A stretch of DNA of 64,000 bases, taken from the UHGV virus genome UHGV-0017507; one strand, 5' to 3'. How positions within the stretch are numbered: the first letter of the stretch is position 1; every line of letters begins with the position of its first letter. This document shows, piece after piece, positions 21,031 to 29,477 of this stretch. This DNA comes from a virus. Below the pieces are notes generated by a model, which was not told the origin of the DNA, made no database searches, and worked only from the letters and a program-made list of their open reading frames with translations. The position numbers and the translations under genes are program-made.

Positions 21031-21549
21031 TTACTTATCTTCTCCAAGAATCCAGAAGTTGTTTTTAATGTGAGCATCAAAAGAGGGGTCATCACCATAA
21101 ATATCAATCTTATTGCACAGTAAAATCATTTGACGAACCACGTTATTATGGTCTTTGATAATATCAATCAAATCTGCACAAATATGGAAATCATTGTTAT
21201 TAAAGGCGATTTTATAACACCCATTTAGTTCTGTTTGATACTCTATAACATAATCTCTTAGCTCATAAAGAAGCTCTTTCACAGAAGAATAAGACTTATT
21301 CATCGTCGGAACATCGCCATAATTAACAGAAATATCATATCCTTGCAATCCTAAATCTGCAACTTCGTCTGCAAAATAGCCGCTATAACGATGTGCCATT
21401 CCATGATGAATAAGCAATGAAGTTTGATTATAACTTAAATCCGCATCTAACACAGATTGCATCCTATCAATGCGGGCAGTCATAATAAAACTTTCCGTCA
21501 CCATTTCTTGTAAAGCTGTAATAGTCCCATTGGTTACAATTTTTTGCAT
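21031..21549 (-). CDS. Hypothetical protein.
   Basis: ORF only. Confidence 0.3.
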   Translation of the reverse strand: MQKIVTNGTITALQEMVTESFIMTARIDRMQSVLDADLSYNQTSLLIHHGMAHRYSGYFADEVADLGLQGYDISVNYGDVPTMNKSYSSVKELLYELRDYVIEYQTELNGCYKIAFNNNDFHICADLIDIIKDHNNVVRQMILLCNKIDIYGDDPSFDAHIKNNFWILGEDK

Positions 21550-22302
21550 TTATTCACCTTCTTCTTCGCTATACTGCCAAATAAAGCCACCGGCTGTTTT
21601 AAGTCCCCTGTTTCTACAACAGCGTGTTATATTTGTGTTTGGTATATTTAATTCTTTACCAGCTTGAGAAGCACTATCCCATGTTTTTAATAAATTACCG
21701 TTTTTATCATATTGATTAACAGGAATACATCCTATTTTATTTGCAATGCGTGATTTACTTAAATTTTTTCTGTGTTCTTCTGTGAATATTTTTCCCTTAT
21801 GCCCCTCACTAATTTTCTTTCTAACCTCTTCTGGTCTCGGCTTACCCTTTGAATGAACACCTATTTTCTTTCTCGATTCTTCAGAAAAATATCGCCCTTT
21901 GCTTTTTTCACCAATTTTTCTACGAGTTTCTTCTGAATGAACTTTTCCATACATCGGATTGCCAGACCCAATCATCCTTTTAGAGGCCAACTGAGAATCA
22001 AGCTCTTTTAATCGCTCATATTCTTCAGCAGTAATTTCATATCTATCTTTAATATACTTACTTTTTAGAAAACCCATTGATAACCAAGCATATTGTAATT
22101 TGTAATTATCAGGATTTTCTAATGCAAGTAATTTATGAGCTATATAGTGCTCTTTTGCATATAAATCAACTAAATTGTCTTTATTGTTTGTTCCTCCAAG
22201 ACATTTAGGAATAATATGATGTCTTTCTTTATAATCTTCTTTGGAAATACCAAAATGCCCTCTTGTATCTAATATATTTTGTATAAATTCTTTATAAGTC
22301 AC
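21550..22302 (-). CDS. HNH homing endonuclease with NUMOD3-like repeats and a C-terminal NUMOD1-like module.
   Basis: HHIIPKCLGGTNNKDNLVDLYAKEH is an HNH motif. Repeated units xxSKG.xxSEExRKKIG. C-terminal ...RCCRNRGLKTAGGFIWQY. Inserted between the portal gene and the next head gene. Confidence 0.7.
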   Translation of the reverse strand: MTYKEFIQNILDTRGHFGISKEDYKERHHIIPKCLGGTNNKDNLVDLYAKEHYIAHKLLALENPDNYKLQYAWLSMGFLKSKYIKDRYEITAEEYERLKELDSQLASKRMIGSGNPMYGKVHSEETRRKIGEKSKGRYFSEESRKKIGVHSKGKPRPEEVRKKISEGHKGKIFTEEHRKNLSKSRIANKIGCIPVNQYDKNGNLLKTWDSASQAGKELNIPNTNITRCCRNRGLKTAGGFIWQYSEEEGE

Positions 22303-22392
22303 AATATCAACTCCTGCTAAAAGTTGTATATCAAAGGGTAATCTATATATTAGCAGTATATAGAAAGGTAGCTACTCCCTGTCCCCTTTTTA

Positions 22393-23961
22393 TTATTCAA
22401 GACTTTCTCGACTTGCTTCACCAGAATCAGTCAATGTGGCCGAATCCTCTCGAGGCCGACCGCCTACGCTACTACCATCCTTAGATGTATTGGCATTGAG
22501 CATAAGCTGGCTATACTTATCAAGCCATCCACTATTCTTACTAGACGCAAGGCTCTTTTCAAAAATAACAGGATTCATGCCAATCAAAGACGCATAAACA
22601 GAGCTATCAAAAACAAGGCCTTTATCAGCCAGCTTCATCACATTATCAAATCTCTGTTGACGTTCGGCACGATAAGTAGACCCATTAAACACAAACTGCC
22701 ACTTGAATTTCTTAGTAAGCTGATTACCAAAAAAATTCATAAACTTACTAAACTGGTCGTACAAAGGCCGCATAGTTTGATAAGTTTCATTCTGCCCCGC
22801 TTCAATCTCAGCATTAGACATTCTGTCGGAACTATAAATAACTCGGCTTACATTACTGCCAACCCCAGCCGTAGAGGTAACCTGAGTAGTGTACATATCA
22901 GGATTACTATCATTATACTGGAAGAATTTGTTGTCTTCAGTAGGCATAGCCGCTACCTTAATCGTGTTACCAAGGCCCTGCTTTACTTTAGACATAAATG
23001 CCCCTAGTGTCTTGGGATCGATTGCAAATTGGTTTTTCTGAGTTCCAGACTTAGCATTATCAAACAGCTGAATGGCGCCAGCCAAAATACCATAAGCGGC
23101 ATTCATATCTTTATCAAGCTGTAACTGTTGAACTTCATCATCAGTAATGGCGTTCTTTAGCAGGGGAGCAAGATAAGGTGTTGTGTTGAAGTTGCTTAGA
23201 TTCAACTTAAATGCGAAGGCCCCGTCACTTGGACTTGTCTGTGTCCACATAGCATAAGTGCCAACACGGTCAGCGAATGGATTAGTAGGCCGGTAGTCCT
23301 TAAAAGACTCGTTTTCACTGAATACACGCTTATAATATTTCTTAAAGGCGGGGTCAAAACTATCAATGTCTACACCCGGATTTAAGAAATACTGCATATT
23401 AAAGTCAAACAACGGCCCAACATCACTCATTGCAGTCATCATACAATAGTCTTGTGGTAACATCTGCAACGCATACCGCATCTGGCCTTTATTGCCCCAT
23501 TTGGTTTTGCGCCACCAGCAATAATATACTTCATGCAACAAAACCTGTTCAACGACTTTTCTAAATTCACCCTTATAATCAAACTTTAATAGAAAATCAT
23601 CAATTCGCCGCTTGTCATCAAGATATGCTTTAGTGCCATAGTCAGACTCTTCAGCATTAATGCAAACGCATTGTAGGTCAAAGGCCAGAGCATTGGCGTA
23701 GTTTTTAACCGTCTTGGCAAAAATCATGTCAAAGCAGTTTAGATATTCCATATAGCTTTGAATAGTATCTGCATTATTACGATAGTCAGATAAAGCTTGT
23801 CTTACAGCCTTGGACGTGGCCTCTCTTGCATCATTGTTGAGGTCTTGCAGAATAGCATTACTTAGCCAAGGTGACCAAACATTATACATCTCGCCATAAG
23901 CCAGCCCTGCCGCAAAATCAATAACATCTTGGACTTGGGATTTAGTTAATTTTTCAGGCAT
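22393..23961 (-). CDS. Portal protein candidate.
   Basis: 522 aa, immediately downstream of the large terminase. Called from size and position only. Confidence 0.4.
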   Translation of the reverse strand: MPEKLTKSQVQDVIDFAAGLAYGEMYNVWSPWLSNAILQDLNNDAREATSKAVRQALSDYRNNADTIQSYMEYLNCFDMIFAKTVKNYANALAFDLQCVCINAEESDYGTKAYLDDKRRIDDFLLKFDYKGEFRKVVEQVLLHEVYYCWWRKTKWGNKGQMRYALQMLPQDYCMMTAMSDVGPLFDFNMQYFLNPGVDIDSFDPAFKKYYKRVFSENESFKDYRPTNPFADRVGTYAMWTQTSPSDGAFAFKLNLSNFNTTPYLAPLLKNAITDDEVQQLQLDKDMNAAYGILAGAIQLFDNAKSGTQKNQFAIDPKTLGAFMSKVKQGLGNTIKVAAMPTEDNKFFQYNDSNPDMYTTQVTSTAGVGSNVSRVIYSSDRMSNAEIEAGQNETYQTMRPLYDQFSKFMNFFGNQLTKKFKWQFVFNGSTYRAERQQRFDNVMKLADKGLVFDSSVYASLIGMNPVIFEKSLASSKNSGWLDKYSQLMLNANTSKDGSSVGGRPREDSATLTDSGEASRESLE

Positions 23962-23984
23962 TTGTCACACTCCTTTCTTTTAGA

Positions 23985-25838
23985 TTAAAAGACAAGTTGA
24001 ATATCATCTATATCCAAGTCATCTTCTTGCATAGATTTACTATATTTATTCTCTATTTTACTTGCTATATAATTGCCATAAGACAACACTACAGCACGGT
24101 CCTTTGTTCCACTTCTCGGCTCTTTTAATTTCACCCTACCGTCCTTAAACTCAGCGCTAAGATTAACGGCTTCAGTGATTAACATATCTATTTGTGCATG
24201 AGGGGCCATAGCCTCACCAAATTCTTCACTAGTCATATCAAAATAAGACCCATTGTCTTCCAATTGAGTCTGTTTATCTTGACTATTAATCAAAAATTTG
24301 ATATTATTACTGTCAAGTTGCCGTCTTAATTCCATCCACATAGTTGCATTTAAATCAGCCGTACCAATAATTGGTATCATACAAGCATAAGCATTATTAT
24401 CAACAGTACGTTCCACAAGGTCTTGTAATTTATTATCGGGCAATACTTGTAAATCTTTTTCTGTGCTTACAGTAAATCCATTGATTTTTCTATTACCAAC
24501 AGCCTTGTCGGGTTCCCACTGCATAGTAGTTTTGTTATATAACGTTTCGCCGCCACTACGAAGGTCAGGTATAAAATAGTCACCGTCATAATCCCAAAAC
24601 AATTCTCTAGCTCTATCCGCAGAACCCAGACTATCACTCGCCTCATGCCCCTCTATATAATCTACATGACGTTCAAACCGATTACCCTTCCAATGTAAAG
24701 ACATTAACATAATAATCGTATTATCGTTCTTTTCATGAGACGTTGTATTAGCAAAAGCATAGTCCGTGATTACTAAACGTACTTCATTGGTCTTTTTCGG
24801 CGGATTACCCATATCTTTATTCACATAAAGATCGATTACTGAAGGCGGGTTAAAAGCTTGCTCAATAATTTGATTATTCTTAAAAGATTTATAAGAAAAG
24901 AACGCATCTTCAGCTTCGCCAATGGCTTCATTATATAACTCTTGACGAATAATCATTTCAGAATCATTCTTTAAAGCCTCTAACAAATATTCTTCTGTTT
25001 TCAACCCTTCTTCAATGACATTAAAAATATCAAAGGCAAAGACCTTATATGACACCCTGCGGCTCATATAATACCCAGTAACACAGTTGGTAAAATCTTT
25101 ATAAGCCCAATCTGACTTAAAACGGTTAGATGTAATATATGTAGTCTTAGCCTGTTCAACCCATCGCTTTTGTTTCTTAAACTCCTCGTTGGTTCGCATA
25201 AAGTCGATTTGTCGAGGTCGGCGCATAGGGTTAAAGACAGCAGAAATGATGTGCTTTTTTAGTTGCATAGCTTCTTCAAGAATTAACCAAGTACAACGCT
25301 CACCTCTTGCCGAATCCACCATAGGCAATACTCGAATACTCGACCCATTAAATGGAAACAGTACCACAGCCACATCGTTATCTCTCTTAACCTGAATCAT
25401 ACCAAGTTCTAAGAAACGTCGTAAGACTTCTGAGTGTTTCATGATAATCTCATCACGAATCTTACGCTCAATCATCTTATTAGCCTGGTCAATGGTAGAG
25501 GCCGTAATTACAATTTCGCTGTTTGGGAATAACAAGCACCTAATAACAGCACCCAACCCCAATACATAAGTCTTGGCTGAGTTACGACTACACATATCAA
25601 ACGTGACCTGCGCATTAAACATCTGCCACAACATATAATGTTGATAAGGCAAGAGCTTCATCTTTAATCGCCATTCAGCATAAATACCTGGGTTATATCT
25701 AAACAGTGTAGTCCATTCTATTTGTCTTTCTTCTTGTATATTATCTGCATATCCAAGAAATTCCTTACCCTCTTTATCACCAACCAATTTATACTGTTGA
25801 AAAGAGGCCATTTTCTTTGCATCTGAAACAAAAGGCAT
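23985..25838 (-). CDS. Terminase large subunit.
   Basis: MCSRNSAKTY is a deviant Walker A motif. TWLILEEA is a Walker B motif. 617 aa, followed by the portal gene. Confidence 0.65.
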   Translation of the reverse strand: MPFVSDAKKMASFQQYKLVGDKEGKEFLGYADNIQEERQIEWTTLFRYNPGIYAEWRLKMKLLPYQHYMLWQMFNAQVTFDMCSRNSAKTYVLGLGAVIRCLLFPNSEIVITASTIDQANKMIERKIRDEIIMKHSEVLRRFLELGMIQVKRDNDVAVVLFPFNGSSIRVLPMVDSARGERCTWLILEEAMQLKKHIISAVFNPMRRPRQIDFMRTNEEFKKQKRWVEQAKTTYITSNRFKSDWAYKDFTNCVTGYYMSRRVSYKVFAFDIFNVIEEGLKTEEYLLEALKNDSEMIIRQELYNEAIGEAEDAFFSYKSFKNNQIIEQAFNPPSVIDLYVNKDMGNPPKKTNEVRLVITDYAFANTTSHEKNDNTIIMLMSLHWKGNRFERHVDYIEGHEASDSLGSADRARELFWDYDGDYFIPDLRSGGETLYNKTTMQWEPDKAVGNRKINGFTVSTEKDLQVLPDNKLQDLVERTVDNNAYACMIPIIGTADLNATMWMELRRQLDSNNIKFLINSQDKQTQLEDNGSYFDMTSEEFGEAMAPHAQIDMLITEAVNLSAEFKDGRVKLKEPRSGTKDRAVVLSYGNYIASKIENKYSKSMQEDDLDIDDIQLVF

Positions 25839-25842
25839 ACCA

Positions 25843-26712
25843 TCACTCCTTGGTAATAGATGGGTAGTCTCGTGTTCCAGCTATTAAATTTCTCAGAGGC
25901 CGCATAAGCTGGTCTTCAAGATGATGACAGCCACAATAATCTTCATAAACCGTAATATCTTCAAGTTCTGCTGGTTTATATTTTTCCATCATTGCTATTT
26001 GATATTCCAAGGTCTTTTCAACATCAGTCTTAGTATTGCTTTGAAATTTATCTAGCTTCAATAATTCAAGATTTTTCTTAATGCTATCTTGAGCTTTGGT
26101 AATTTCATTAATATCGCCTTTTTCATCAGCCTGACGTTTTCTAAGCTCAGCTTTGCACAAGTCTCTATATCTGAGTTCCATAGCCGTATCGATGCTAAAT
26201 AAATTCTTTGTATACATTTTATAGAATCTATTTAATATTTCATAATCCTCAACATTAAACTTGCCCCACAGCCGTTCTTGTTCAGTTAAGTCCATAGGTT
26301 TTTCCTGCTTAGTCTCATCAATCTCGCTTTCTATTTTTTGTCTTGCAACAAAATCATCAAGCATCATATCACTCTGCCAAAACCCCTCAATTTGAAAACC
26401 CATATCTTTCAGGGTATTATGGTAAGACATAAACAAATTAGTCCCTTTAGATGAACCAGACTGGCGCTTAATAGCCATATCATAATATTCTCTAATTACA
26501 GGATAACCCATTTCAGCGCATAAACACCACAACGCCCCACCATCAGACTTTAATGCCTCTTTATATATGCCAAATCTTGCGTTTAAACAAGAACGGCACA
26601 ACGGCAGATATTTATGATGGCGAGGATTTAGGCTTTGAATAAACCCAGTCTTTTCTTTCGGACTCATGCAGCCCGCACACCACATTTGAGTGTTTCTATT
26701 AAACTCTGCCAT
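25843..26712 (-). CDS. Terminase small subunit candidate.
   Basis: Immediately upstream of the large terminase. N-terminal Cys cluster and a coiled-coil middle. Start taken at MAEFNRN, which follows AGAGAGGAAAAT. Confidence 0.3.
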   Translation of the reverse strand: MAEFNRNTQMWCAGCMSPKEKTGFIQSLNPRHHKYLPLCRSCLNARFGIYKEALKSDGGALWCLCAEMGYPVIREYYDMAIKRQSGSSKGTNLFMSYHNTLKDMGFQIEGFWQSDMMLDDFVARQKIESEIDETKQEKPMDLTEQERLWGKFNVEDYEILNRFYKMYTKNLFSIDTAMELRYRDLCKAELRKRQADEKGDINEITKAQDSIKKNLELLKLDKFQSNTKTDVEKTLEYQIAMMEKYKPAELEDITVYEDYCGCHHLEDQLMRPLRNLIAGTRDYPSITKE

Positions 26713-27125
26713 ATTTTCCTCTCTATCCATAGAAAAGTGTGGCCTCTGACTCTCTCCTATCAAAGGCCACATATCCTATGAAAAATTCCTTAAATTCATA
26801 TTCACTTGTACTGGTAATTTGGCTTTAAGCCATTTGCCAGAGATATGGGCTAAGCCCTGATCACCTCCTTCATACTTTAGTCTGTAAAATGCAGACAATT
26901 GGACGCAAGGTTGTGACCCTCCTCTCATAAGAGATTTTAGTTAAGTGTCTCACTCTTTCGAGCTGACCAGATATTGATATGTCTAAATCAACACCAAGTA
27001 CAGGTACTTCGCACTTCTAACTTCATATCATTAGTTTGTTCTACTATATTCAAACTTGCTCATGCCCGTCTGCTGCCCCACAAGCATAGCAAACGTAATC
27101 AAGTTAAACATGGGCAAATGTTGAA

Positions 27126-28304
27126 TCAAAGATAATAATTACGACTCCAAGTCTTACCGCTATCGGTATATATAGCCACATAAGCGCTGGGTCGTGCAGC
27201 CACCCTAATCTTTTTAGCAAATGTATCAATTCCTACTATTGACCCGACACGAGTAAATGTCCTGTCGCCAACCTCAGTAATACCGATAGCTTTACTCTCA
27301 GGCCGATGCAAATGACCACCATAACCTTCATCAATATCAACATTATACAGATTACTAAAATAATCCATGGTCGTACTCAAGTCTTTGTCTTCGCCATGAC
27401 AGAACATAACATTGGTGCCACGAATATCCTTGATAACAATCTCCTGATAATCATTAATATTAAATCCAGCAATACCCTCATACCGTTGTTTCATATAGGC
27501 CACTACAAATTTGGTTAAATTCTCATCTTCAAATGCAGGCCGACTCTCAAGCAGTCGTTGTGTATCATGATTACCGCCAACTGTAATAACCTCAATATCT
27601 GTACCCAACTTCAGATGCAAATGTAATAACCAGCGGCACATATCCTCAGAGAATCGAATAACGGTATCAATAACAGGTTCACGCAACTTCAATAAAGACG
27701 ATGTACGTAAAATATTCTCAAAGCAATCCCCGAGGATAGCCACTTTACAATCCTGAAAATCAATACAATCAGCTTCAATTTGGTCGATTAAATTATAAAG
27801 CCGTTTCCACATGATATTATAGTCATACTGATTTACGATTTCTCCATACAAACCCTTCACAGTAAATGTAGAACCAGCGTGAAAATCAGATAAAGTAATA
27901 AGCAGAGTAGAGTCGCTATCAAGCCGATATGTATTCTCATGCTCAGGTATCTTTAATGGCTCAAGTCGGCTAATAGCTCTAATCAATTCTTCGGCGAACA
28001 TATCATTTCTGGCTTCAGCCCGTTGAATAGCATTATATTCAATATTAGTCGTAGATAGCTTAATTCTTTCAGCTTTAATTTGACTTAGTAGCTCCTGAAG
28101 TTCGCCAGTCTTGTCTTGGTCAGCCTCTTGAGTCTCAGCGTTTTTCAAAAAGATACTAAATACTTTACAAGCCCTACGCAAATACTCATCTGAGTAAACA
28201 TCACGATAGTCTGGGCCAAGAACCTCCTCGGCCCAGTCTTGATAATCAATTAACTTATCCTCAAGGTGCTGTGTCGCTAACCTCGCTTTGTTTAGATAGG
28301 TCAT
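27126..28304 (-). CDS. Calcineurin-like metallophosphoesterase.
   Basis: Motifs ILGDCFENI, VGGNHDTQ and YGGHLHRPE match the GDxxDRG / GNHE / GHxH pattern. Confidence 0.6.
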   Translation of the reverse strand: MTYLNKARLATQHLEDKLIDYQDWAEEVLGPDYRDVYSDEYLRRACKVFSIFLKNAETQEADQDKTGELQELLSQIKAERIKLSTTNIEYNAIQRAEARNDMFAEELIRAISRLEPLKIPEHENTYRLDSDSTLLITLSDFHAGSTFTVKGLYGEIVNQYDYNIMWKRLYNLIDQIEADCIDFQDCKVAILGDCFENILRTSSLLKLREPVIDTVIRFSEDMCRWLLHLHLKLGTDIEVITVGGNHDTQRLLESRPAFEDENLTKFVVAYMKQRYEGIAGFNINDYQEIVIKDIRGTNVMFCHGEDKDLSTTMDYFSNLYNVDIDEGYGGHLHRPESKAIGITEVGDRTFTRVGSIVGIDTFAKKIRVAARPSAYVAIYTDSGKTWSRNYYL

Positions 28305-29031
28305 CTACATTTTCCTCTTTCTGCTTATTAGCATATTTCCATTTAAATCCACCTGCGGTCTTTTGTCTTCTAAACGGACTACAACAGTTAGATATATAAA
28401 TTTTATTAATCCCAGTTGCTTTCTCAGCGGCAGTCATAGACTCATACACAGCAATCGTATTCTCTTCCATATCCATTTGGACTACTGGTTGAGTAATATG
28501 TACTTTTCCTTCTATTCTTTCGTTCGACTCAGCCTTAGCCGTTCTTTTCAATTTAAGCAACTTTTGAAACTCTTTTCTTGCTGATTCTCTCCGTTGTTCA
28601 ACCATCTCATCAACACAAGCACTCGCAGCTAAACTATCAGCTCTAACCTGCCTAGCATAGTCGCGTTCAGTCAAAGACCCTTCTTTTAGCCGTCTCCGAT
28701 ATTTCTTCGTAACACCCTGCATATTAATATCATTAACAAAATCATCTTCAGGAGTAAAATCCGGCCTAATATGCCCTGGAACAAGATAAGTCATTATTTT
28801 GCCGTTAGGTGCTTTTTGTTTTTGATAATAACTAGGCTCTTCCTTTACTGTGAAAGTGCCTAGTCCTGGCACTTTACAACAACCGTTATAAAAAATTTCT
28901 CGAATAATAACTTCCTGAAAAGCTCCCCACCATTCAGCCGCAGTTTGAATAGAAGAACTGTCTTTCCAACGACAAGCTTGTTTAAAGAACTCTTTGTTAG
29001 TCATCATCATACTACGAAAATTATTCGCCAT
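28261..29031 (-). CDS. HU/IHF-like DNA-binding fold fused to a C-terminal NUMOD1-like module.
   Basis: VPGLGTFTVKEEPSYYQK...NGKIMTYLVPGHIRPDF resembles the HU arm GFGxFxVxxR..RxGRNPxTG. C-terminal SNCCSPFRRQKTAGGFKWKY matches the endonuclease modules elsewhere in the window. Confidence 0.4.
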   Translation of the reverse strand: MANNFRSMMMTNKEFFKQACRWKDSSSIQTAAEWWGAFQEVIIREIFYNGCCKVPGLGTFTVKEEPSYYQKQKAPNGKIMTYLVPGHIRPDFTPEDDFVNDINMQGVTKKYRRRLKEGSLTERDYARQVRADSLAASACVDEMVEQRRESARKEFQKLLKLKRTAKAESNERIEGKVHITQPVVQMDMEENTIAVYESMTAAEKATGINKIYISNCCSPFRRQKTAGGFKWKYANKQKEENVDDLSKQSEVSDTAP

Positions 29032-29443
29032 CGTCTATATCCTCTTCATCGTTTTCATCATCTTGTTCATAATCAACTAAACTGGTTTTTGCTGGGTTTT
29101 CTTCACCCAACTGAAACAATGTAGCCGCCTTTTGTTCAGCAGACCATTTACTACTCAATCTTAACACAGTTTTCTGAAAGCCCGGAATATCACCCGGCTC
29201 TGTATAGCAATGTTCTTGTGGATTCCAACGCCTCACGCCCGAACGAGGATTAATCTGCTTCCAGCCAAAGTGCCCAATACCAGGAATTGGCACCTCAACC
29301 TGCCCCAACAAACCCTCTCTAACAATTTCTCCATAGATATCAAGAGTAGTCTTTATCATGTCTGCCGGAAACCCTGTTCTAAGAAAAATTTGATAAGCTA
29401 CTTCTTTTTGTGTAAGCCTCGGTTTTTTTGATGTATAACCCAT
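29021..29443 (-). CDS. HU/IHF-like DNA-binding protein.
   Basis: Matches the HU beta-arm pattern: VPIPGIGHFGWKQINPRSGVRRWNPQEH...IPGFQKTVLRL. Confidence 0.4.
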   Translation of the reverse strand: MGYTSKKPRLTQKEVAYQIFLRTGFPADMIKTTLDIYGEIVREGLLGQVEVPIPGIGHFGWKQINPRSGVRRWNPQEHCYTEPGDIPGFQKTVLRLSSKWSAEQKAATLFQLGEENPAKTSLVDYEQDDENDEEDIDDGE

Positions 29444-29477
29444 AGTTTTTACTCCTTTTCCCTAATATTCTGTTATT

